A stretch of 23,850 nt of DNA from Okeania sp. (lineage in GTDB: Bacteria > Cyanobacteriota > Cyanobacteriia > Cyanobacteriales > Microcoleaceae). The stretch's first letter is position 1; the number at the start of each line of letters is the position of its first letter. Under the pieces are notes generated by a model. It had not been told where the DNA came from and searched no databases. It saw only the letters and a program-made list of their open reading frames with translations. The position numbers were made by a program, and so were the translations under genes. Below, in pieces: positions 1-8,486 of the stretch. The stretch is taken from the NCBI RefSeq assembly GCF_035285525.1, contig NZ_JAYKGW010000030.1:1-23850 (forward strand), written 5' to 3'.

Positions 1-405
1 TATTTGTCAAAAAAAGTTGTAGGGGCGGGTTTATTAAAAAGTCTAAAAAAATCTCACTGGTATTGCTAAACCCGCACTTTTATTATGAATAGTTGATAAT
101 AGATAATTTATGGAAATATTTGTCAAAAAAAGTTGTAGGGGCGGGTTTATTAAAAAGTCTAAAAAAATCTCACTGGTATTGCTAAACCCGCCCCTAATTA
201 TTTTTCTGTTCCGGTTTCTAAATTATAAATTATGATTTATTAAAAAGTCTAAAAAAATATCACTGGTATTGCTAAACCCGCCCCTGATTATTTTTTTGTT
301 CCGGGTTCTAAATTATAAATTATGATTTATTAAAAAGTCTAAAAAAATATCACTGGTATTGCTAAACCCGCCCCTGATTATTTTTTTGTTCCGGGTTCTA
401 AACTC
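1..405. repeat. Composite direct-repeat block upstream of the wza-like gene. A 116-bp unit occurs twice, then a 90-bp unit about 2.5 times. The block is built around an AGGGGCGGGTTT / AAACCCGCCCCT hairpin module.
   Basis: GCTAAACCCGC recurs at 65, 181, 271 and 361. Only the copy at 137-195 has both 12-nt arms, with a 35-nt spacer. The first copy has a truncated right arm, and the 90-bp copies keep only the right arm. Confidence 0.85.
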
Positions 406-443
406 TAAATTCCCAATTCTTCCCTCTTCCTTCATTAAAATTC

Positions 444-1949
444 ATGATTAACCACTATTCTCGAAGATTAATTTCTCTATCCCTAGCCAACTTTTACTCT
501 AGCGCAATAATTCTATCTTTAGCCGGGCTAACTTTTCCTAAAAATGCTTATGGACAAATCCAATTACCCAATAATATACAGACTATTTCACAAACTAATT
601 TAAGACCTCCATCCATAGGTTCTCCACCCTTAAATCCTAACTTTGACTCAGACCCAGATGTACGATTAAAACGTTACTTACTCGGACCAGGAGACCAACT
701 TTCAATTCAAGTGCAAAGATTTCCTGACCTAAATGCAGCAACAACTATTGGTCCAGAAGGTACTATTCAAATGCCTTTGATAGGAACTCTGTTATTACAA
801 GATTTAACTATCTCAGCAGCAATAATAAAAATTACCTCTGAACTTAGTAAATTTATTATTAATCCACAAGTATCCATATCATTAGTTGTTCAACGTCCAG
901 TCCGAGTCACAATAGCTGGAGAAGTTACTAGACCTGGTTATTATCCAGTAGGAGGAAATTATCAAATTTCAGATGCTCTATCGGTAGCAGGAGGAACAGT
1001 TTTTACAGCAGATTTAAGAAGTGTAGAAGTGCGCCGAACTTTAGCTAATGGCTCTGTAGTTAGTCAGATAGTAGATATTTTAACTCCACTACAAGAAGGT
1101 GGCTCTCCTCCTGATTTACGTTTAGAAGATGGGGATGTGGTGATTGTACCTTCTCAAATTTCCATTATACCTGAAGAGAAAGACAGAGAATTACTGACTA
1201 ATTATAGTCAAGCTGGACCTGTAGCTACTGGTATTGTTACTGTGAATGGAGAAGTAACTCGACCTGGTTATTATCCAGCAAATCAGGTATCTTCTGCTTT
1301 ATTAGCTGCTGGTGGTGCTTCTTTAACTGCTGACCTAAGAAGAATTTTAGTTCGTCGGACATTAGCTGATGGTGGTGTGATTGAGGAAACAATTGATTTA
1401 TACACTCCATTGCGAAATTCTACTGATTTGCCGAATATTCCTCTGAAGGATGGGGATGCTGTGATTGTACCTAGATTAGAACCGGGGTCAGAACTTGGTT
1501 ATGACCGGGAGCTAGTTAGTAAATCAACTTTGAGTCAACAACAAATTACTGTTCGTATTTTCAGTCATCCTAATGATAGTTTGGCGACTACTAATCTCCC
1601 AAATGGTAGTAGATTAATAGATATTCTTAATGGTATAGCGCTAGATTCAGCAGATTTAAAAGAAATTAATTTAATTAGATTTGACAAAGAAACTGGGCAA
1701 ATAATTAGGCGAGAACTGAATGGGAAAGAAGCAATATTTGGGGATAGTTCTCAAAACATTTTACTTCAGAATGAGGATATAGTTGTGATAGACCGCACTT
1801 GGATTAATCAAATTACCTATTTATTTCAGAAATATACACTTCCTGTGAGAACTGCTTTGGAACTTGTGCTGTTTTTACGTTCTTTACAACGAGATACCTC
1901 TAACATATTCTTAGGTGGAGGTAATAATAATAATAATAATAACAATTAA
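444..1949 (+). CDS. wza: Outer-membrane polysaccharide export protein (Wza/GumB/KpsD-like, Poly_export plus SLBB domains)
   Basis: 501-aa ORF with a hydrophobic N-terminal signal-like segment. It has a Poly_export-type region (YLLGPGDQLSIQVQRFPDLN...) followed by two SLBB-like repeats, each with GEVTRPGYYP. It lies next to a Wzc-like gene. Confidence 0.85.
   Translation: MINHYSRRLISLSLANFYSSAIILSLAGLTFPKNAYGQIQLPNNIQTISQTNLRPPSIGSPPLNPNFDSDPDVRLKRYLLGPGDQLSIQVQRFPDLNAATTIGPEGTIQMPLIGTLLLQDLTISAAIIKITSELSKFIINPQVSISLVVQRPVRVTIAGEVTRPGYYPVGGNYQISDALSVAGGTVFTADLRSVEVRRTLANGSVVSQIVDILTPLQEGGSPPDLRLEDGDVVIVPSQISIIPEEKDRELLTNYSQAGPVATGIVTVNGEVTRPGYYPANQVSSALLAAGGASLTADLRRILVRRTLADGGVIEETIDLYTPLRNSTDLPNIPLKDGDAVIVPRLEPGSELGYDRELVSKSTLSQQQITVRIFSHPNDSLATTNLPNGSRLIDILNGIALDSADLKEINLIRFDKETGQIIRRELNGKEAIFGDSSQNILLQNEDIVVIDRTWINQITYLFQKYTLPVRTALELVLFLRSLQRDTSNIFLGGGNNNNNNNN
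1923..1946 (+). repeat. AAT trinucleotide microsatellite ((AAT)6 AAC AAT) encoding the poly-Asn C-terminal tail of the wza-like ORF
   Basis: Direct read: aat x6, aac, aat, then taa at 1947-1949. The translation ends GGGNNNNNNNN. Confidence 0.95.
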
Positions 1950-2060
1950 TCAGAAAAGAAACTCGGTTTCTACAGTAAATCATTGTTTTTGACAATAAAC
2001 ATCTATGATAAATCGGGTTTCTCGGTTTCGCAGGTGGAAGAGATAATAATAACAATAATC

Positions 2061-2231
2061 AGGACTTACGCATTGGGAACAAATTTTGGGTGTTTGAGAT
2101 TGTTATCCTGACGGACTGCGACCCATTTATGTCGCGGAGCGAAACGCTGCCGCTTGCTATCGCAAAGCTGCGCTTTTGATGTCGCGTAGCGAAACGCAAT
2201 GACAGAATTTCGTTGCGCATGGGTAAGTCCT
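2061..2231. mobile_element. MITE-like non-autonomous element with GGACTTACGCA-type terminal inverted repeats (171 bp)
   Basis: The left end is AGGACTTACGCA and the right end is GCATGGGTAAGTCCT. It has an internal duplicated module ATGTCGCG(G/T)AGCGAAACGC at 2129-2147 and 2179-2197. It is flanked by near-identical AGATAATAA(TAA)CAAT(A/T)AAT sequence. It has no coding capacity. Confidence 0.7.
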
Positions 2232-2307
2232 AGATAATAACAATTAATATATAATAACTATAGGAATAGGCAATAAGTTGTTAAGGATTTAAAATTCGGT
2301 TTAAATC

Positions 2308-2424
2308 CTTAACTGATAACTGAAAAAGCTATTGGTAGGGTGCATTAGCCGTAGCGTAACGCACCGATACTTCATATATAGTTCCTTTGCGTAAGTCCTA
2401 TGCTTAACTGATAACTGAAAAAGC
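2308..2424. repeat. 22-bp perfect direct repeat (CTTAACTGATAACTGAAAAAGC) flanking a 73-bp partial GGACTTACGCA-family element (right end TGCGTAAGTCCT at 2388-2399)
   Basis: The copies lie at 2308-2329 and 2403-2424. The intervening segment ends with the MITE right terminus but lacks the left one. Confidence 0.75.
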
Positions 2425-2500
2425 CAAAGATTAAAATCCTTGGCTCATGGCTAAAGTCATTTTTAAGATGACTAAATTAACTTTTTACTGATAACTGATT

Positions 2501-4678
2501 ATGGCTATACCAATTATTAAACGTTATTTAATTGCTTTAGGGCAATACAAATGGGTGGCAGTAGCAACTTGCGCACTAGCAGTAGGTGTTTCAGGAATAG
2601 TTGCTATGCAGCCAGTTCCTGAAGCAAAACATACAATTGTAGGTACTTTGATAACGGTTAGTCCTCCTATATTGTTTTCCAATGTTGGTAGTACAATTCA
2701 AGAAAAGGCTGCAACAGTTACCCCTGATATGTTACTTAATGATGAAGTTAGAAAAGTAGTAGCAGAGAAGTTGTTGGTAAAACCCATACAGCTTAGGGGG
2801 GCTAATTTAAAATCAAAAGAAGGTACATATCTCTTATCTTACGATGATACCGATGCAGAAAAAGCTATAGAAATAGTAGATGCACTGATGGAGGAAATAG
2901 TTAAGCAAAGTCGAAAAATTAATGCTACTTATCAAACAACTATTATAGATGAAGTAAAAAAACGGATGCCTGAAGCAGTTGCAGAATTGAGAAAAGCTGA
3001 ACAGGAACTACAGAAATTTGAAAGAGAAGAAGAAGCTCTGTTGATAACAGCAAGAGCTGCTGCTTTACCAGGACAAATTGAAGGTAGCCGACAACAACAA
3101 ACTCAGATTAATTTACAGTTAGAGGGGGTGGAAGCTCAAATTAATAGTTTAGAACAACAGTTAGGGTTAACCGCAGAACAAGCTTATGTAGCGCGGGCAC
3201 TTGCTGCTGATCCGATTATCGCAAATCTTCGAGTACAGTTGTATCAAATCGAAAATGAGTTAGATAAATTATTATTAGATTTTACAGAAGAATATCCACC
3301 TGTAGTTGAGTTTCGTAGACAAAAACAAGTTGCAGAAAAACAATTACAACAACGTGCTACAGAAGTTTTAGGAGGTAATGGTATTGCAGCGCCATTAAGA
3401 CAAGTAGAGCAAATTCGAGTTGATGCTGCTTTAGACCCCACTAGACAACAATTAGCAGAAAACTTAATTGCCCTCACAACTGAGAAGGAGCAGTTGCAAA
3501 GACAACTAATAACAACAATTGAAACTGAGCAGAAATTAGAAACTGAGTATAAAAATATTCCTAATAAGCAATTAGAATTAACTCAGTTGCAAGGAGAAGT
3601 TGCTGTGAAAAAGTCTCGTCTTGATAAAATGCGATCTATTTTAGAAGATGCTGAAGCAGCAGAAGCTGAGATAGCTAGCAGTTTAGCTATTTCTAATAAA
3701 GCTGGTATTGCTAAGAAAGGTGTGAAAGAAGAAAAAAGTATGCCTTTAATGATGGCAGTAGGAGGACTTGCGGGTCTAGCTCTGGGTGGAGGTTTAATTT
3801 TTGTTCTGGGAATGCTTTCTGGTAAGTTCTATTCTTGGGAAGAAATTAAGGCAGCTCTGAAGGAAAAAGATGTACCGTTATTGGGTTTGTTACCTGATGT
3901 GATGCTTTTTGACTTAGATATGGAGTTAGAAGAAATGCCTTTGTTAATGGAGCGAAATTCACCTTATCTAGAATTTTATGAAAAGTTACGGACAAATCTA
4001 CAACGTCAGGGAAATGGCTCTCCAAAAGTTTTGCTTTTCAGTAGTGGAGCCAAAGGAGAAGGGAAAACATTTTGTGCTTATAATTTGGCGATCGCTGCTG
4101 CACGAGCTGGTAGACGAACATTACTTATCGAAGGAGACTTAAGGTCTCCATCAAAAGCTCACTTTCTGAAAATTGTTCCTCATCCCCATAGCTATGCTGA
4201 ACCACTTCGTTATTACGGGGATACTAATGATTGTATTCGACAAGTACCAGAAATAGAAAATCTCTATGTGGTGCCTAATCCTGGTACTATGAAACAACCG
4301 GGTGGTATCATTGAATCTAGTGAAATGCGAAGGCTACTTCTAGAGTCACGACATCGTTTTGACTTTGTGATTGTAGATGCTCCTTGTTTGACTCAGAATA
4401 ATGATGCTTTTATTCTAGAGCCATATACTGATGGGATGATTATTGTGACTCGACCACACTATACTCTCTCTGGTGTATTAACTGAAGTCATAGACCAGTT
4501 AACAAATGATGAAGAGGATGAGTCTAGCAAGTCTGGTCCTAAGTTTTTGGGAGTTGTGGTTAATGGGGCTGATATTTCTGTAGAGTTTTCATTGGAACCA
4601 TTGAATGATTTGGATTTTTCTGAACCACAGATTGCTAATTCACCTAGACCTAGGATAGGAGCTACAATTAATCATTAA
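2501..4678 (+). CDS. wzc: Polysaccharide co-polymerase / BY-kinase-like protein (Wzc/GumC/EpsB family)
   Basis: 725-aa ORF with an N-terminal TM helix and a long coiled-coil Wzz/GumC-like region. A second TM helix follows (MMAVGGLAGLALGGGLIFVLGML). The C-terminal P-loop domain has Walker A GAKGEGKT, Walker A' LLIEGDLRSP and a Walker B-like FVIVDAP. Confidence 0.85.
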   Translation: MAIPIIKRYLIALGQYKWVAVATCALAVGVSGIVAMQPVPEAKHTIVGTLITVSPPILFSNVGSTIQEKAATVTPDMLLNDEVRKVVAEKLLVKPIQLRGANLKSKEGTYLLSYDDTDAEKAIEIVDALMEEIVKQSRKINATYQTTIIDEVKKRMPEAVAELRKAEQELQKFEREEEALLITARAAALPGQIEGSRQQQTQINLQLEGVEAQINSLEQQLGLTAEQAYVARALAADPIIANLRVQLYQIENELDKLLLDFTEEYPPVVEFRRQKQVAEKQLQQRATEVLGGNGIAAPLRQVEQIRVDAALDPTRQQLAENLIALTTEKEQLQRQLITTIETEQKLETEYKNIPNKQLELTQLQGEVAVKKSRLDKMRSILEDAEAAEAEIASSLAISNKAGIAKKGVKEEKSMPLMMAVGGLAGLALGGGLIFVLGMLSGKFYSWEEIKAALKEKDVPLLGLLPDVMLFDLDMELEEMPLLMERNSPYLEFYEKLRTNLQRQGNGSPKVLLFSSGAKGEGKTFCAYNLAIAAARAGRRTLLIEGDLRSPSKAHFLKIVPHPHSYAEPLRYYGDTNDCIRQVPEIENLYVVPNPGTMKQPGGIIESSEMRRLLLESRHRFDFVIVDAPCLTQNNDAFILEPYTDGMIIVTRPHYTLSGVLTEVIDQLTNDEEDESSKSGPKFLGVVVNGADISVEFSLEPLNDLDFSEPQIANSPRPRIGATINH

Positions 4679-4712
4679 TAATTAATAATGGGTACTGAAA
4701 AAAAGTAGTTAT

Positions 4713-4807
4713 CTGCCAAACCCGCCAAGAAATAAATTTCTTGGCTCAAAGCAAAAGTCATCTAAAGATAACTTAAACTAAAACCCACGGATTTTAATTC
4801 TTGGCAG
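4713..4807. repeat. Inverted-repeat-bounded spacer element (CTGCCAA ... TTGGCAG) containing the perfect palindrome GCCAAGAAAT-AA-ATTTCTTGGC (4724-4745)
   Basis: Direct read. It sits between the convergent wzc-like and psbV2 genes, so the palindrome could serve as a bidirectional terminator. It lacks a U-tract. Confidence 0.6.
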
Positions 4808-4814
4808 ATTAGCT

Positions 4815-5315
4815 TTACTGGTCAACCTCTCCTGGTCCCCAAGCAGGAGCTTTTTGCGCAGATCTTAAAATAAATGCAGCCATTTTTTCTACTAGCTCTT
4901 GAGACATCCAATTTTCAGTAACTTCACGACAGAAAATGCTATAGTTGCTGCCATCATATATCATTGGTTGTCTGAAAAAAGTAACTAAGTTATTTATATT
5001 ATCTCGTGGTGGTGTTGCTCCTTTTAGTTTTTCCAGAGATAGATGTACTGAAGGATTAACTAAATTTGCTCCTCCTACATGACAATTTAAACAATTTTTA
5101 GCAAACATTTGTTTACCTTCAGATAAATCTTCAGCAGAAAATTTCTTAGTTTCACCTTGTTCATTTAATTTAATTTCTACTGGTATTTCTGCATCTAAAT
5201 ATCTTCTAACATAAGAATCTACAGCAGCTTGAGCTGGTCTTATATCAACAATTATTACTTGAATAATAATTAATATTATTAGTAGAAAACGAATCAATAG
5301 TGATTTTTTTAACAT
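4815..5315 (-). CDS. psbV2: Cytochrome c-550-like protein PsbV2
   Basis: 166-aa ORF with a signal peptide and the heme motif CLNCH. It is a paralog of the adjacent psbV (shared PPRDNI, YDG). It carries Cys (SIFCREV, codon at 4929-4931) where PsbV has the distal His ligand (ELHPSI). Confidence 0.7.
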   Translation of the reverse strand: MLKKSLLIRFLLIILIIIQVIIVDIRPAQAAVDSYVRRYLDAEIPVEIKLNEQGETKKFSAEDLSEGKQMFAKNCLNCHVGGANLVNPSVHLSLEKLKGATPPRDNINNLVTFFRQPMIYDGSNYSIFCREVTENWMSQELVEKMAAFILRSAQKAPAWGPGEVDQ

Positions 5316-5347
5316 AATACTTTTATTACTTTTGTTAACTACTTTTT

Positions 5348-5407
5348 AGGAAGTAGGAAGTAGGAAGTAGGGAGTAGGAAGTAGGGAGTAGGGAGTAGGG
5401 AGTAGGG
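5348..5407. repeat. Heptamer short tandem repeat (AGGAAGT/AGGGAGT, about 8.5 copies), followed by the palindrome GAAACCCGGTTTC at 5416-5428
   Basis: Direct read. This is STRR-like heptanucleotide repetition typical of heterocystous cyanobacteria. Confidence 0.9.
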
Positions 5408-5543
5408 TGAACTCAGAAACCCGGTTTCTTTGCGTTAAACTAAAATAAATAAATAGCTGAGCGCTGTTTGCGCAGCATTCCGCAGAAAATGCTGACTGCT
5501 AAATGCTTAAAATAAATGATTTTAGATTAGGGTTTAATGAAGA

Positions 5544-5571
5544 GGAAACCAAATCAAATTTTTTGGTCTCC
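5544..5571 (-). terminator. Candidate psbV terminator hairpin (GGAGACCAAA-loop-TTTGGTTTCC on the minus strand)
   Basis: 10-bp stem with one mismatch, about 58 nt downstream of the psbV stop, followed by a moderately T-rich stretch. It is related to the GGTCTCCAAA repeat family, so it may simply be a repeat. Confidence 0.3.
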
Positions 5572-5628
5572 CATCAAAAAACTAATAACCTAAAATCATC
5601 AATCAATATTTCTTAAAGAAACAGAATT

Positions 5629-6117
5629 TTAACGGAAGATTTTACCGCCGCCCCACTGTTTACCAAGAACTTTTGGTTGTACGAGAATGTAACCAGCGAT
5701 CGCATATAAATCATCCTCAGTAAGATTTCTCATTTCTGGGTAAATATCTGCACTCTTGATACTTGGGTGTAGTTCGGATATTTCGGTAAATCCATCATAA
5801 GTAGTAGGGTTGATCATGTAGTCTATGAGACCTTCTATGTTATCTCGTGGTGGATAGGCCAAAGCTAAAGCTTCTGGACCAAGGCCAACATCAGGATTAG
5901 TTTTGGTAATTCCTCCCACATGACACTGAGAACAAACATTATTAAATACCTGTTTGCCTCTGATGAACTCCTTAATAGTAAGTACAACTTCTTGACCATC
6001 CTCATTCAGAGGTAAAGTCCGATCATTATCAGTTAGTGTAGCAGCAGTGGCACTATTGATGAACGTTTGAAACGTCAGGAATAATATGGCAACTATAGCT
6101 ATGAAAAATTTTTTCAA
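5629..6117 (-). CDS. psbV: Photosystem II cytochrome c-550 (PsbV)
   Basis: 162-aa ORF with a signal peptide, then the motifs CSQCHVGGITKTNP, PPRDNIEGLIDYM.NPTTYDG, ELHPS and WGGGK, which are characteristic of PsbV. Confidence 0.92.
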   Translation of the reverse strand: MKKFFIAIVAILFLTFQTFINSATAATLTDNDRTLPLNEDGQEVVLTIKEFIRGKQVFNNVCSQCHVGGITKTNPDVGLGPEALALAYPPRDNIEGLIDYMINPTTYDGFTEISELHPSIKSADIYPEMRNLTEDDLYAIAGYILVQPKVLGKQWGGGKIFR

Positions 6118-6254
6118 GTTTCTTCTCCTTAAAACTGGTAAATTAATTAACCAACTTATGTATGTTCATTAACTGAACTTCAGGTTTACTAAAGTTTTAT
6201 CTAATTTTTATTTATCAGTGTTCAGTTGTCAATTAGTCAAGTGTTTAGACTTCT

Positions 6255-6443
6255 CTATTTGGAATCTGACTTTAGTTGTTGGGCCAATAGATGAGACATA
6301 ATTGCCTTGGCATCCTCTAAGGCCAAACGAGTTTGAGAATTTTTATAAGATATCTTCATTTGGTCACAAAGACGAAGGACTTCATTTATATGGACATTAA
6401 AGTCCTCTGCTATTTCTTGGATTGATATATCAGCAAAACCCAT
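6255..6443 (-). CDS. Small conserved protein resembling a translation initiation factor IF-2 N-terminal domain
   Basis: 62-aa ORF. The pattern ...SIQEIAEDFNVHINEVLRLCDQMKISYKNSQTRLALEDAKAI... matches, from memory, the IF2_N-type helical domain found as a stand-alone protein in cyanobacteria. Confidence 0.55.
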   Translation of the reverse strand: MGFADISIQEIAEDFNVHINEVLRLCDQMKISYKNSQTRLALEDAKAIMSHLLAQQLKSDSK

Positions 6444-6524
6444 AAAATTTTTTTCAATAATTAGGGAGTTGGGAGTTGGGAGTAGTGAAGAGCAAAACTT
6501 TTTAGGTCTTCTACAATCAGAACT

Positions 6525-7505
6525 TTAATTCTGAGGTGTAACTTGAATGTTATTCTCGTTTGTCGAGAGATTGTGTTGCTCTGTCTTATAGGGTAAATGG
6601 CAATGGGGTCCAGCTTCTAATAACTTAGGAGAAATAGATGTAACAGATAACGGTTTATGGAGACGAATTAACTGAACCAGAGTTTTCTTTAATTGGGTAC
6701 GAGGTACAATAACGTCTACAAAACCATGTTCCAAGAGATATTCAGAGGTCTGAAAGTTCTCAGGTAGCTTTTCTCGGACAGTTTGTTCAATAACTCGTCG
6801 TCCAGCGAAACCTATTGTTGCCTTTGGTTCAGCAATAATAATATCTCCCAGCATGGCAAAACTTGCCGTTACACCACCTGTAGTGGGATGAGTTAAAACT
6901 GGAATATACAGCAGTTTAGCTTCCCGATGCTGTTCTAGGGCACCAGATATTTTGGCCATTTGCATCAGACTTAACATACCCTCTTGCATTCTCGCTCCAC
7001 CGGAAGCACAAACAATTACTACAGGTAAACTTTCTTGAGTGGCCTTTTCAATTAATCGAGTTAGTTTTTCTCCCACAACTGAACCCATACTACCTCCCAT
7101 AAATCGGAAATCCATTACTCCCAAGGCCACAGGTTCAGTTTCCATGTTACCGATACCTGTTTGTACAGCATCTAGAAGTCCAGTTTTGCTTCGATATTCT
7201 TGAAGGCGATCGCTGTATGCTTTGCGGTCACAGAATTTTAGAGGGTCTGTTGCTTTAATTGTGTTGTTAATTGGCATCCAGGTGTTACCATCTATTAACT
7301 GCTGAATCCTCTCTTCGCTGGATACTGGTATATGATGTCCACATTCCAGGCAAACCATTTGATTTGCTTGGAGATCTTTTGTATAAGTTAGAGCGCCACA
7401 AGCTTCACATTTAAGCCAAAGTCCATCAGCAATTTCTCTTTCAGGTCTTTGTGGAGAGTTTTGGGCTGATTTTCGGCGATTTGCAAACCAATCAAATAGA
7501 GACAT
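6525..7505 (-). CDS. accD: Acetyl-CoA carboxylase carboxyltransferase beta subunit
   Basis: 326-aa ORF with N-terminal MSLFDWF and the zinc ribbon CEAC...CLECGHH. It also has the conserved carboxyltransferase core ([21 protein letters not shown]). Confidence 0.95.
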   Translation of the reverse strand: MSLFDWFANRRKSAQNSPQRPEREIADGLWLKCEACGALTYTKDLQANQMVCLECGHHIPVSSEERIQQLIDGNTWMPINNTIKATDPLKFCDRKAYSDRLQEYRSKTGLLDAVQTGIGNMETEPVALGVMDFRFMGGSMGSVVGEKLTRLIEKATQESLPVVIVCASGGARMQEGMLSLMQMAKISGALEQHREAKLLYIPVLTHPTTGGVTASFAMLGDIIIAEPKATIGFAGRRVIEQTVREKLPENFQTSEYLLEHGFVDVIVPRTQLKKTLVQLIRLHKPLSVTSISPKLLEAGPHCHLPYKTEQHNLSTNENNIQVTPQN

Positions 7506-7660
7506 TAATTAATATATTTTTGAATTATTTATTAGGTGGTTAAAATTTTTGTTAAATTTTGTATTCTACAGCTATTTAGATTAAAGATTAATGTTAAGGG
7601 AATAGGATTTTTTTTATCGTTAGAAAAGTTTAGTTTGATAATCGTTAATTTAGCCTATCG

Positions 7661-8479
7661 TTATCTTGGAAAAAATAAACTAAAGTAAGCGGATAATATA
7701 TCGCTACCCCAAATAACTGTTAAACTAGCCCCCATTGCTAAAAATGGTCCAAATGGCATTGGTTGTCGTCGATTTAGCCAACCTAGGGCGATCGCTGTTC
7801 CACCTACAAATGCTCCCATACCACAAGCCAGAAAACAAGCTAATAATAAATATTTCCAACCCAACCAACTTCCGATCATGGCTGCTAGTTTAGCATCCCC
7901 TCCCCCCATAACTGTTTGTCCAAAAACTATGGAGCCAAATATGGAGATTAAGTCAAACAGCCATAGACCAACTACGGCTCCAATAATACCTATCATTAGA
8001 TGATTAGATAAATTAATTACTTGAAAATTTGTCTCTAATGTGGTAAGCAATTGAAAAGCTAAACCAAAGATTAATCCTGATTGAGTTAGAGGATTAGGCA
8101 AGGTCATAGTGTCGAGGTCAATAATAGATAAAGCTAGTAGCCAACTAAAAAAAGCCCAATAGCCTAGGGTGGAAATACTAATTCCAAATTTCCAGAAAAC
8201 AACTAAAAATAGTAAGGCTGTGATTAATTCTACTACTGGATAGCGGATAGAAATGGGATTTCGACAATGCCCACAACGTCCTCCCAAGGATAACCAACCG
8301 AATATAGGGACATTTTCTGTTGGTTTTAATCGACTATAACATTTGGGACAGCGAGATGGAGGCCAAAATATAGATAATCCTGTGGGTATCCGATATATGA
8401 CAACGTTGAGAAAGCTGCCGATGGATGCTCCCAGGGCAAGGATGATTAGAGTAATAGGCCCTGTGATTAGTAAGTCCAT
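7661..8479 (-). CDS. pilD: Prepilin peptidase (A24 family, type IV pilin leader peptidase/N-methyltransferase)
   Basis: 272-aa polytopic membrane ORF with the N-terminal Cys cluster (CPKC...CGHC) and the catalytic-type motif GGGDAKL. Confidence 0.9.
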   Translation of the reverse strand: MDLLITGPITLIILALGASIGSFLNVVIYRIPTGLSIFWPPSRCPKCYSRLKPTENVPIFGWLSLGGRCGHCRNPISIRYPVVELITALLFLVVFWKFGISISTLGYWAFFSWLLALSIIDLDTMTLPNPLTQSGLIFGLAFQLLTTLETNFQVINLSNHLMIGIIGAVVGLWLFDLISIFGSIVFGQTVMGGGDAKLAAMIGSWLGWKYLLLACFLACGMGAFVGGTAIALGWLNRRQPMPFGPFLAMGASLTVIWGSDILSAYFSLFFPR

Positions 8480-8486
8480 ATTGAGG

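Noticed and set aside
3244-3477. 77-aa minus-strand ORF inside the wzc-like gene
   Set aside because: It is antisense to a well-supported CDS. Its Cys/Ser/Asn-rich composition is typical of a shadow frame of a Gln/Glu/Leu-rich coiled coil.
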